DNA from: Silvanigrellaceae bacterium
GTDB taxonomy: Bacteria; Bdellovibrionota_B; Oligoflexia; Silvanigrellales; Silvanigrellaceae
Direction of reading: 5' to 3'
NCBI GenBank assembly: GCA_049423385.1
Contig: JBMSQQ010000033.1
Span: forward strand, 1 to 33,260
Length of the DNA stretch: 33,260 bases
In this document: positions 17,988 through 26,838 of the stretch, one piece after another
Layout of the letters: each line of letters begins with the position of its first letter
Position numbering within the stretch: position 1 is the stretch's first letter
The notes under the pieces: model-generated
Database searches by the model: none
The model's input: the letters and a program-made list of their open reading frames with translations, nothing else
What the model was told of the DNA's origin: nothing
Program-made: the position numbers and the translations under genes

Positions 17988-20479
17988 GCCCGGTCTCCTT
18001 GAGCCTTGAGCCCGTCAATAAAGGCGCGCAGTTCCTTTTCAAGAACCTCACGCTCGATTGTTTCTCTTCGACGTGAAGAACGGATTGCAGCAACCAACAA
18101 TGCCGGCCCCAAAACCAAGCCGAAGGAGGGCAACAACCAGATGGCAGCTCCAAAAGAACTGCTGGAATCGGGTTGACGAAGAATCCACTCTCCATAGCGA
18201 TCTCGGAAGAATTTCAAAATTTCGGATTTCTTTTTGCCTTCGCCCAGCTGACGCTCAATTTCTCGGCGCATCGCCGTGCTTTGTGGAGTTTCACTCTCCA
18301 GAATACTCACGCCCTGACAGGTCGGACAGCGGAGTTCATTGCCAATCTCAAGCATTTGTTCCGAATATTGAAAGCGGGCTTTGGACTCATCTGCCATGGC
18401 AGTACCCGAGAATCCAAACAGCAGCAGCAATACCGCGCTGCCAATCACGACTGCCGACTGGAGCTTCTGTTTGCGCAAAACAGGCGACAAAGTTTCTCCG
18501 AGAAGATCCATGTCACCCGTCGCAGACTCCAACATCAGTCCGTTTTCCGAGACCTCGACGCTTCGACGCTTGATGCGATGGCTGAGACCAACAAGTGAAC
18601 CCAGCACCATGACCACAAGACTCGTCCAGACCAGCTTGACGGTGGGATTGATATGCATCTTCAAAGACACCTGGTTTGTCTTTGAGTCGAAGAATGCCAG
18701 CACGAGGTAAAGATCGTGCCAAAATGTCGAATGGATTCCGATCTCGTTGAGCCACTCTTCCTTGTTGGTGTACTTGCTGCGCGTCGGCAGAACTTGAGCC
18801 ACATTTCCTTGACTGTCTTTTGCCTCGATAACAGCCGATGCGTAGGTGGCGTTGTATTCCTGTTTGTAATTCATTCCCTTGTAGGTCAGCGTGTAACCAT
18901 AAAACTGAATCGACTGGCCCTGAGAAAATTGGGCCTCTGCCTGAATGCCACGGTACCCGCCAAGAAATCCGCAAATGGCAATCAAGAATCCAAGGTGAAC
19001 GATCCACGAACCAAAGTAGGGTCGGTTGAACTTCAAAAAGGCCTGACCATTCCAACGAATGGCCTTGAGCTTGAAAACCAAATCCATCACCATCACAAAG
19101 GCCGTCCACAGGACCAGTGCAAATCCAATGGTCGAGCGCAGGTCCAACCCTTTGTGCCACCACAACACTGCCGTCAGGACCAAAGACCAGACTGCGGGAA
19201 ACAACAAACCGGCAACAGGATCCTCAATCTTTCCACTCCGCCAGCGCATCAGGTTTCCAACACCCAAAAGTGCGACAAGGCCAACAGCAATCCACGGCGC
19301 GAATGCATTGAAGAAGGGTTGTTGGATTGAAATCTTGACACCACGCACCGCTTCTACAATCAGTGGCAAAAGTGTGCCGATGCAAACGAGTGCCAACAAG
19401 AAAAGAAGAAAGAAGTTGGTGAACAAAAGGGAACTTTCCTTGGATAGAGTCCACTCCTGCGCCTGTCCAGCACCTTGAAGATGTTGTCCGCGAACAGCGA
19501 CGAGCACAATCATGATGAGAGTCCAGACAACAATATATGTCAGGTATGCTGGACCGATATTGCTCTCCGCAAACGAATGAACTGAGCTGATAACACCTGA
19601 GCGGGTGATGAACGTTCCGAGGAAGGTCAAAATGAATGCAATGGCAGACAACGACACTGCCAATCGCGGCAGCCTGTTCATCTTGTCCAGAATCAGCAAG
19701 GTGTGCAGCAAGGATGTTGCAGCAAGCCATGGCATGAATGAACTGTTTTCAACCGGGTCCCACGCCCAATAGCCAGCCCAACCGAGTTCCACATAAGCCC
19801 ATTTGCCGCCCAAAAAGATTCCCACCGTCAAGACCGCCCAGCCAGCAAGAGTCCAGCGTCTGACAGTCACCAACCAATCCGGGGTGAACGAGCCACGCAA
19901 AAGCGCAGCAACCGAATAGCCGAAGGGAACAATCAGGGAGCAGTAGCCTGAGAACAGGCTCGGCGGATGCGCAGCCATGTAGGGATTTTGCAGGAGAGCG
20001 TTCATTCCCTGACCAATTTCTTGAACCGGAAAAAGGCGGCTCAGAGGTGCAGATGCCCAGACGAGCAACAAAGTCATGAATGTCAGGCAAAAACCATACG
20101 CCGCGAGCAGTCCCGGAAGTATGGGCTCATTTTTTTCGCGCATGGTCAGCAAGGAAATGCTGACAACAATGGACATGATTGTTGTCCACAACAAGTGACT
20201 TCCTTCGAGCGAACTCCAGAAAGCAGTCAACAGATAGACAGGCGGCATGTCGGCAGCGGAATTCCTGAAGACGTAGCTGATTGAAAAATCGTTGGTGATA
20301 AGCCCTGTCCAAAGCACCCCTGCCGCGAAGAGAACACAGGCGTTGACGGCAACCAACGCATTGCGTCCACTCAAAATCACGCCCCGCTGTGGACGGCTGA
20401 GCGAAAGCAACCCCATGACCATTCCAAACACTGACAAACAAAAAGAGAGCACCAAGGCAAAAAATCCAAGTTCAACCAT
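17984..20479 (-). CDS. ccmF: Heme lyase CcmF fused to C-terminal CcmH domain
   Basis: EGSHLLW, HPPSLFSGY, LGWAGYWAWDPVENSSFMPW (WWD), SVHSF, VHLG; C-terminal LRCPTCQG..FRDRYGEWIL. Confidence 0.93.
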   Translation of the reverse strand: MVELGFFALVLSFCLSVFGMVMGLLSLSRPQRGVILSGRNALVAVNACVLFAAGVLWTGLITNDFSISYVFRNSAADMPPVYLLTAFWSSLEGSHLLWTTIMSIVVSISLLTMREKNEPILPGLLAAYGFCLTFMTLLLVWASAPLSRLFPVQEIGQGMNALLQNPYMAAHPPSLFSGYCSLIVPFGYSVAALLRGSFTPDWLVTVRRWTLAGWAVLTVGIFLGGKWAYVELGWAGYWAWDPVENSSFMPWLAATSLLHTLLILDKMNRLPRLAVSLSAIAFILTFLGTFITRSGVISSVHSFAESNIGPAYLTYIVVWTLIMIVLVAVRGQHLQGAGQAQEWTLSKESSLLFTNFFLLFLLALVCIGTLLPLIVEAVRGVKISIQQPFFNAFAPWIAVGLVALLGVGNLMRWRSGKIEDPVAGLLFPAVWSLVLTAVLWWHKGLDLRSTIGFALVLWTAFVMVMDLVFKLKAIRWNGQAFLKFNRPYFGSWIVHLGFLIAICGFLGGYRGIQAEAQFSQGQSIQFYGYTLTYKGMNYKQEYNATYASAVIEAKDSQGNVAQVLPTRSKYTNKEEWLNEIGIHSTFWHDLYLVLAFFDSKTNQVSLKMHINPTVKLVWTSLVVMVLGSLVGLSHRIKRRSVEVSENGLMLESATGDMDLLGETLSPVLRKQKLQSAVVIGSAVLLLLFGFSGTAMADESKARFQYSEQMLEIGNELRCPTCQGVSILESETPQSTAMRREIERQLGEGKKKSEILKFFRDRYGEWILRQPDSSSSFGAAIWLLPSFGLVLGPALLVAAIRSSRRRETIEREVLEKELRAFIDGLKAQGDRA

Positions 20480-20491
20480 TCGAATTATTCC

Positions 20492-21475
20492 TCACCATTT
20501 GACCACGGGGGGTAGCGAAGCAAATATCGCTTCAATGTTGCCACCCGACATCAATCCAAAACGGGTACCCCGATCGTGCACCAAATTGAATTCTGCGTAG
20601 CGTGCACGCCAATAAAGATGCTCTTCCTTCAATTCATCGGTGAATGGCATCGTAACCCTGCGCTGCAAAATTTCAGCATATCTGTGCGCAAAAACCTGAG
20701 CGGTGTTGAGCAACAGACCCAAATCACTCTCGCCCGAAACCTTCAAATAATCGAAAAATATTCCGCCAACCCCCCGGGTTTCACCCCGATGTGGAATGAA
20801 GAAATACTCATCGCACCATTGCTTGAATTTTGGATAATCTCCCAGCGGATGGGTCTCACAGGCAGTGCGAAACCCATTGTGAAATCCATCGGTGTCTTCC
20901 TGGAATCGAACCATGGGAGTCAGATCCCCGCCACCACCCATCCAAAAAACGTAATCATCACCCGCTCCAACCTTGAGAAGTCGGATGTTCATGTGGGCAA
21001 TGGGTGCATTCGGGTTGTATGGATGACAGATGAGCGACACGCCTGCTGCGAAATAAGGCTGCCCCGAGTATTCCTTTTCAATCGATGGATACGATGGCCC
21101 CCAGACAACACTCATGTTGACTGCCGCCTTCTCAAGGACAGGGCCTCGCAGCACCGTCATCACTCCACCACCCTGTGGTGCGCCATCCGGACCAGTTTTG
21201 GCCCACGACTTCGCGTTTACCTTGGCTTGTGGATCAATGCTCAAGAACGCGGCGCGATTGAGATTGCGAACAAAAGTCAGCAATCCAAGTTCGCGCCAAG
21301 AAATGCGTCGACCCTGCATGGGTTTGGCGATTTCAAAAATGGGGTCTGCAGAATCAACAGGCAGATCAAGAACGCCATCCAAGGTGCACATTGAATGGGC
21401 TTCCTCGAACGCCCGATAGCGCTCGACAACTCCCTGAGCACCGGAAAGCGCAGCAGAATCGGCGGAACTGGGCAT
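20492..21475 (-). CDS. hemF: Oxygen-dependent coproporphyrinogen III oxidase
   Basis: EKAAVNMS, HPYNPNAPIAHMNIR, GGGDLTP, FKQWCDEYFFIPHRGETRGVGGIFFD, RYAEFNLVHDRGTRFGL; SD GGAGGAG. Confidence 0.93.
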   Translation of the reverse strand: MPSSADSAALSGAQGVVERYRAFEEAHSMCTLDGVLDLPVDSADPIFEIAKPMQGRRISWRELGLLTFVRNLNRAAFLSIDPQAKVNAKSWAKTGPDGAPQGGGVMTVLRGPVLEKAAVNMSVVWGPSYPSIEKEYSGQPYFAAGVSLICHPYNPNAPIAHMNIRLLKVGAGDDYVFWMGGGGDLTPMVRFQEDTDGFHNGFRTACETHPLGDYPKFKQWCDEYFFIPHRGETRGVGGIFFDYLKVSGESDLGLLLNTAQVFAHRYAEILQRRVTMPFTDELKEEHLYWRARYAEFNLVHDRGTRFGLMSGGNIEAIFASLPPVVKW

Positions 21476-21482
21476 AAGAACG

Positions 21483-21507
21483 CTCCTCCACAAGCAGTGT
21501 AGAGGAG
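21483..21507 (-). promoter_or_regulatory. Hairpin sequestering the hemF Shine-Dalgarno sequence
   Basis: mRNA CUCCUCUACA-cugcu-UGUGGAGGAG, a 10-bp stem with one G.U pair. Confidence 0.5.
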
Positions 21508-21538
21508 TTTAGTGGCAAAGCACGAAAAACACCACGAA

Positions 21539-21552
21539 TTGACGCACGTCAA
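21539..21552. promoter_or_regulatory. FNR/CRP-family-like operator upstream of hemF
   Basis: Palindrome TTGAC-GCAC-GTCAA resembling TTGAT-N4-ATCAA. Confidence 0.55.
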
Positions 21553-21571
21553 GATCAGGAACTACCTGAAC

Positions 21572-22312
21572 CTAATAGAAGCGAACTTCTCCATCGAGAG
21601 TCTGTCGGTGACGAAACCTCTCCGGCTCGAACGAAAACATTCTGGGAGGGCGATAGGCCATTCCCCTGGGGCGATGCGCCGACTCCACCAGAATATCGAG
21701 TGACTCTATCTTCTTGCGAAAATTTCGGACATCCATGGGTCGATTGAGGACAGCTTCAAAAACACGCTGCAGTTCACTCAGTGAAAATTCATGGGCCAAG
21801 AACGAAAACACGACGGTTTCGAATCGCGATCTCCGCCGGAGTTCACTGATTGCAGCCTGTGCAATTTCCCGACTGTGAAGTTCCAACAATTCGGCCTGCT
21901 CAAAAACCTCAATGAATCGAAGTTGGGAGAGAGCTCCCGTTGCAACAAATTCCAAATCCGAAGGCGAGGCGATCGTAAAGTAACAAATTTCGATCTGCCT
22001 GCCGACTTCTGCAGACTCTGGCCCGACACCCTCAAATGCACCGACCTGGTACATTTGGGACAAGTCCAATGGCAAGCGGGTGCGAATGACTTCGCGCGCA
22101 CAGCTCGCAAGATCCTCTGAAAAATCGAATGCCAGACTTGGCAGTCTGTAAACATCAAGCTCGTCACCAACCTTGCAAGCCAGAAGCCGCAGTTTTGCGC
22201 CGTCAAACGAAAAGACAATTGTGGTGACAACGACGTTCGCCTGCAACTGACCAGGCAAAATGCCTTTCGACACTTTCTCATGCGCGGCAACAAGATCTGT
22301 TCGCATTTCCAT
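21572..22312 (-). CDS. NrtR-like transcriptional regulator (degenerate Nudix domain + winged HTH)
   Basis: C-terminal FSLSELQRVFEAVLNRPMDVRNFRKKI..RPPRMF; N-terminal Nudix fold pattern without an intact Nudix box; SD GAGG before MEMR. Confidence 0.8.
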   Translation of the reverse strand: MEMRTDLVAAHEKVSKGILPGQLQANVVVTTIVFSFDGAKLRLLACKVGDELDVYRLPSLAFDFSEDLASCAREVIRTRLPLDLSQMYQVGAFEGVGPESAEVGRQIEICYFTIASPSDLEFVATGALSQLRFIEVFEQAELLELHSREIAQAAISELRRRSRFETVVFSFLAHEFSLSELQRVFEAVLNRPMDVRNFRKKIESLDILVESAHRPRGMAYRPPRMFSFEPERFRHRQTLDGEVRFY

Positions 22313-22400
22313 GGCCCACCCTCGTGCAAAAGGTTTACAGAACGGATTCGGCCCGTCGACTAGCTTAAGTCCACAAGAACAGATGCTCAAGGACTCGAAT

Positions 22401-22435
22401 AAAAAAAACAACAAGCCAGCCCAGGCCAGCTTGTT
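22401..22435 (-). terminator. Intrinsic terminator after the transglutaminase-like gene
   Basis: Minus strand AACAAGCTGGC-ctgg-GCTGGCTTGTT then G and T8. Confidence 0.75.
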
Positions 22436-22461
22436 ACTTTAAGAATGAAACGTAGTTTTTG

Positions 22462-24294
22462 TTATCTCGCCAAATTCGCAAGCGTCAGGTACGCAAGGTC
22501 GATCTTCATTCCGCGACAGAGATTCCCAAATCCGGCGGCAAGACATTTTTCAACAAAGATTCGACTGAAGGGACCAAGCGCGGTGGAACCCTCAACACAG
22601 ACATTGTTTGCAGTGTTCCAATCTGATCCCAGCGGGCAAACTCCATTGCCACGCAAAGACGAATACATTTGATTGGTCCAAAGAGAATCATAACAAGCCG
22701 GTCCATAAATCTTGCCACAAGCAACCTGCATTTCATTCGTGTAGGGAGCATATGCCCTCATACCATCGGTGCAGAAAGAGTTTGAGCCACCATCCACAAT
22801 AGTGCCAGGCGGACACTCAATTGCTGATGTCACATCTGGCAAGCGGCCACCGTTCGGAGGAGGAACAGGTGTGGCGGGTCCCGCGGATGGACCAGCAGAA
22901 CCCACAGGCTCACCAACCGGAGTGGGCAATGGAATCGGTTGAGTCAGAACAGGGCCGATGGGTTGGCTTGGATCAAATCCTGGCGGTGTAGGCACAGGAT
23001 AGGGTGTTGGCTGTGGTGGAGCGCTTGGAACAGCAGGTGCTGTCGGAGCAGGCGGCACGGCATTCGGAGTGGGCTCGGCAGAAAGCCCGGGCGCCGAAGG
23101 AGCATCGACAACCGGCGTGGGAAACGGAGTTGGAGTCGGAGTCGGAATTGAAGTTGGAGTGGCAACAGCAATCGGTCCACCGACAGTCATCCCCAAACGC
23201 GAACTGTCGTAAATGGTTTCGATGGACTTATAATATCCTCGAAAATCGGCTCTCTCTTGAACCCAAACAAAATCAGGACGCTCATCGCTCAGCCAGCGTC
23301 CACCGACAATACGCCCCAGCGAATCAATCTCGATGATATAATTGTAACGAATGTTTTCAGAAGCGACCGTGCGATTGTCACCAATCGGGAGCCAATTTGG
23401 CGATTCGATCTCAACCAAAAACTCAACGTCGGTTTCAACAATGACTTCCGACACAGCCTGCGGCGCAGCACCTGGTGAAGGCAACTGGCGACCCAACTCT
23501 CTCGTGGAGTATCCGTAAATTGGAAAGTTCCAGACCTCGGATCCACGGGTCAGGTCGGCAATGACGTTTTGTCCTTCGCGACCAATAAGATTCGTCAATA
23601 TCAAATGAAAAGAACCAGCATTTGTGTCGCGACATTCGGCTGTGTTTCTCAGCTCGGGACGCGTTGTGAAATCAATCTCACAGCGCTGTCCCAGCACACG
23701 CGCAAACGGCAAAAATACAACACCCTGCGCATATGCGAGCAATGCCTTGATGTCGCCGCTTCCAAAAGGCACCTCGACACCCGTCACTCCCTTGAGAGTC
23801 ACCGCTCCAGGCTCATCAAAATTCAAGGAAGCTGAAGCCCACCCGTGACACAATCCTGCCCATTCAGGCATTGCCGGATGCGTTCGCATCAGTTCCGCCT
23901 GCACGGTCGGAAAATCAAAACGTCCCATGAAAATGTCATATTTTTCTGCTGGCGAGAGCGCAGCAACCTGCTGCAAGGTCATCTTGCGGACTTCGGATTC
24001 CGACAACCGGGGAACACTGAACGGTGGAACAATTCCACTCTGCCAACGCAGGGCAATTCCACCCAGGTGACTTGGCCAGTAAATATCGGCCCAGGGAATT
24101 TTCACACTCCGACCAGAGCGTGGAAGTTCATCAAAAACAACCACGGAACCCGCATCAAGTAGCGCTGGGTTGTTGTAGTTGTCCCATGCCTCCTTGACCT
24201 TGTCCCGGGACACGCTCGGCTTGCTTTCACATGCAGACAAAACGAACGACATTGCGATGCTGACAACAGGCAGCAAGCCTCTGAAATGGCGCAT
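22462..24294 (-). CDS. Lipoprotein with transglutaminase-elicitor (GP42-like) domain, Pro/Thr-rich linker and two Cys-rich repeats
   Basis: Lipobox VLSAC; PWADIYWP, LSPAEKYD, WAGLCHGW, GDIKALL, NAGSFH, VWNFPI, RPDFVW; PTPTPTP linker. Confidence 0.8.
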   Translation of the reverse strand: MRHFRGLLPVVSIAMSFVLSACESKPSVSRDKVKEAWDNYNNPALLDAGSVVVFDELPRSGRSVKIPWADIYWPSHLGGIALRWQSGIVPPFSVPRLSESEVRKMTLQQVAALSPAEKYDIFMGRFDFPTVQAELMRTHPAMPEWAGLCHGWASASLNFDEPGAVTLKGVTGVEVPFGSGDIKALLAYAQGVVFLPFARVLGQRCEIDFTTRPELRNTAECRDTNAGSFHLILTNLIGREGQNVIADLTRGSEVWNFPIYGYSTRELGRQLPSPGAAPQAVSEVIVETDVEFLVEIESPNWLPIGDNRTVASENIRYNYIIEIDSLGRIVGGRWLSDERPDFVWVQERADFRGYYKSIETIYDSSRLGMTVGGPIAVATPTSIPTPTPTPFPTPVVDAPSAPGLSAEPTPNAVPPAPTAPAVPSAPPQPTPYPVPTPPGFDPSQPIGPVLTQPIPLPTPVGEPVGSAGPSAGPATPVPPPNGGRLPDVTSAIECPPGTIVDGGSNSFCTDGMRAYAPYTNEMQVACGKIYGPACYDSLWTNQMYSSLRGNGVCPLGSDWNTANNVCVEGSTALGPFSRIFVEKCLAAGFGNLCRGMKIDLAYLTLANLAR

Positions 24295-24295
24295 G

Positions 24296-24332
24296 AAAAA
24301 ACCCCACAACTTGAGAACCAAGGGTGGGGGTT
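24296..24332 (-). terminator. Terminator-like hairpin between fliF and the transglutaminase-like gene
   Basis: Minus strand CCCCAC-c-CTTG-gttct-CAAG-tt-GTGGGG followed by T6, ending 1 nt before the ATG. Confidence 0.45.
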
Positions 24333-24365
24333 ATTGCGAACTGCCAGAGGCGTCAACAGAAAAAA

Positions 24366-25973
24366 TCAATGTTGCTGAGGAGAAAGAAGTTGACGCAATG
24401 CCTCGGTGGTCTTCTTGGGGTCATGTCTTGCAAGGTAGAGAATCTGTTCCTTGTGGGAAAGCTTCTCGAAAGGAACCTCTTCCTGCACCTGGACACGCTT
24501 CGCAGCAGAGCCAGAGCGTTCAAGTTCGTAATCCGCGATCGCGAGCTGCTCATCCGACCGCTTGTCGGGATCGAAAGTCAACCAACGGAAGTATGGTCTG
24601 AGAAGAGCGAAGTATAGAAAAATCATGGCGAGGATCGATACCGAAGCAATGATTCCTGTTTGGATGAGTGAAGTCTTGCGGGCGGTCAAGGAAGCCTGCT
24701 CAGCCACCGCCATTTCATCCATCTCGAAAGGAGCATTTTCAACTGTGATGGTGTCGCGGCCTTCCTGAAATCCGATTGCGTTTTTCACCAACTTGGTAAT
24801 CATTCCGATTTCTTCGGGTGTGCGGGCCACATATTTTCCATCAACAAGCTTTCCATCCACCAAAACAGCTGTTGATGTCTTTTTCAATGATCCCACGGGT
24901 TCGATGATTCTGCTCACCGTTCGCTTGACGTCGAAATTCAACGTCTCCATGGTCTGCTTGTTGCTGTTCGAACTTCCACCGCCAGCTGCATCATCCTTTT
25001 CACCCGGCAGATTGCTTTTCGCACCCGGAACACCCGTGGGATTCAATCCCTGTCCTTGGGATGACTGCTCATTCTTCTGGGAACCCAACACGACAGTGCG
25101 CTCGGGATCAACATCCTGAACCGTTGTCTCAATTTTCTTGAAATCGACATCTGCCTGGACCTTGGCAACAACTTTGTTGTGCCCAACAACACGACCCAGG
25201 ATTTCACGGATACTGGTTTCAAGTTCGCGTTCCACTCTCTTTTGGTATTCGCGCTGCGCACTCGTGACCTTGTCGAGACCACCATCCTCTTCCTCGGGTT
25301 TGGTCAACATGTTGCCAAGCTCATCAACAATCGCAATGTTGTGCGGCTCAAGACCTTCAACCGCCCTCGCAACCAGATGCAATATACCTTGAACCTGTTT
25401 TGGACTCAGCTGCTTGCCGGCTTTCATTCTCAACATGATGCTTGCAGTGGTAGGCTTTTTGTCCTGTGCAAAAATCGCAGGATCAGGCATCACAATGTGC
25501 ACTCGGCTGGATTCAACCGGATCGAGTTTGTTGATGCTTCGGGAAAGCTCACCCTGAATAGCCCTCAATTTGCTGATGCGCTGATCGAAGTCGGTCATAC
25601 CGAAGGAGCGATCATCAAACTTTTCCCAACCCACGGAAACACCGTTGCTGGGTAGACCTTCCTGAGCAAGAATCATCTTGTACTCGTTGAGTTTCTCCTC
25701 AGGAAACATCAGAGTTTCGCCTTCAATTCTGAAGTCGCTGACGTTTTGCTTTTTAAAAAGAGCAAGAACAGATGTTCTGTCTTCATGGGACAGGTTTGTA
25801 TAGGCAACTTCGTAATTTGAGGCAGGACGGTAAAACGAAACCGCAAGCAGAATTGCAACGACAGAAAGAATTCCCACTGCGAGGGCAATTTTTCTTCCCG
25901 TCGTCAGTCCCTGAATGAAGACCGACGATTGCGAACGGAATTGGTCGAAGAAGGTCTTTAAACGTTCAAACAT
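24366..25973 (-). CDS. fliF: Flagellar M-ring protein FliF
   Basis: GWEKFDDRSFGMTDF, RAIQGELSRSI, SRVHIVMP, KPTTASIML, LVKNAIGFQEGRDTITV; two TM helices. Confidence 0.96.
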   Translation of the reverse strand: MFERLKTFFDQFRSQSSVFIQGLTTGRKIALAVGILSVVAILLAVSFYRPASNYEVAYTNLSHEDRTSVLALFKKQNVSDFRIEGETLMFPEEKLNEYKMILAQEGLPSNGVSVGWEKFDDRSFGMTDFDQRISKLRAIQGELSRSINKLDPVESSRVHIVMPDPAIFAQDKKPTTASIMLRMKAGKQLSPKQVQGILHLVARAVEGLEPHNIAIVDELGNMLTKPEEEDGGLDKVTSAQREYQKRVERELETSIREILGRVVGHNKVVAKVQADVDFKKIETTVQDVDPERTVVLGSQKNEQSSQGQGLNPTGVPGAKSNLPGEKDDAAGGGSSNSNKQTMETLNFDVKRTVSRIIEPVGSLKKTSTAVLVDGKLVDGKYVARTPEEIGMITKLVKNAIGFQEGRDTITVENAPFEMDEMAVAEQASLTARKTSLIQTGIIASVSILAMIFLYFALLRPYFRWLTFDPDKRSDEQLAIADYELERSGSAAKRVQVQEEVPFEKLSHKEQILYLARHDPKKTTEALRQLLSPQQH

Positions 25974-26041
25974 TTTCCATCCACTCAATCATACGGAACA
26001 GCAGTGCCAAACCGTAGGTCTGTTCAAATCAAAAGTGCAGG

Positions 26042-26380
26042 TCAAACCTGCATGCGCATCACATCCTGATAAGCTTCAATTGCCTTGTTTCTCAGTTGCA
26101 CCATCATGTTCAGGCCAAGCTCGGCCTTTGCAACAGACAACATTGTTTCATGGATGTTACTCGACTTCCCGGTCGCAAGATCCATACTTGCCTTGTCGCT
26201 TTCCTTCATGCTCTTGTTGACGTCTGCGAGGCCTTCCTTGAGCAGGTTCAGGAATTCGCCGCCGTTCGAAGCCTCGCCAACCGGATTCTTTCCCTTGTTG
26301 GCAAACGAGCCGCCAATGGATCTGAGATCGGCATCAATTGAGCCAAGGTCCATGGGCTTCGCTGTTGCACTGCGAATCAT
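26042..26380 (-). CDS. fliE: Flagellar hook-basal body protein FliE
   Basis: IHETMLSVAKAELGLNMMVQLRNKAIEAYQDVMRMQV. Confidence 0.96.
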   Translation of the reverse strand: MIRSATAKPMDLGSIDADLRSIGGSFANKGKNPVGEASNGGEFLNLLKEGLADVNKSMKESDKASMDLATGKSSNIHETMLSVAKAELGLNMMVQLRNKAIEAYQDVMRMQV

Positions 26381-26392
26381 TTTTCAGCTCCC

Positions 26393-26833
26393 TTATCCGC
26401 GACCAATGTTGATGGCTGTGTTTGCCATCGACTTGGTTGCATTGAGTGCTGTTGTGTTTGCTTCAAATGCACGGTTGGAGGTGATCATGTTCACCATCTC
26501 CTCCATCACGCTGATGTTCGGCATGGCCACCATTCCATTCTGATCTGCATCAGGATGACCAGGATTGTAGACCATTTTGGGTGCCTTTTGATCCTCAACT
26601 ATTCCATCGACCTTTACTTCCTTGAGGTTCGGGTCAAAGGCCTGCCGCATCAGGTTGTCGAAGGTCACACCTGAATCTTTGGCAGTGAAGACAACGTCTT
26701 TTCTTTTGTACGGACCACCTTCTTCGGTCCGGGTTGTGTTCGCATTTGCAAGGTTGGACGAAATGACGTTCATGCGAACCCGCTCTGCAGCGAGTGCCGA
26801 TGAGCTTATTTTCAAGCCATCAAGAAAGCTCAT
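26393..26833 (-). CDS. flgC: Flagellar basal-body rod protein FlgC
   Basis: RMNVISSNLANANTTRTEEGGPYKRK, YNPGHPDAD, EEMVNMITSNRAFEAN. Confidence 0.97.
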   Translation of the reverse strand: MSFLDGLKISSSALAAERVRMNVISSNLANANTTRTEEGGPYKRKDVVFTAKDSGVTFDNLMRQAFDPNLKEVKVDGIVEDQKAPKMVYNPGHPDADQNGMVAMPNISVMEEMVNMITSNRAFEANTTALNATKSMANTAINIGRG

Positions 26834-26838
26834 AATGA

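Noticed and set aside
20576..21394. 272-aa plus-strand ORF
   Set aside because: Antisense shadow of hemF
23120..23165. Short tandem DNA repeats (GGAGTT/GGAGTC)
   Set aside because: Encode the PTPTPT linker; not CRISPR or VNTR-like
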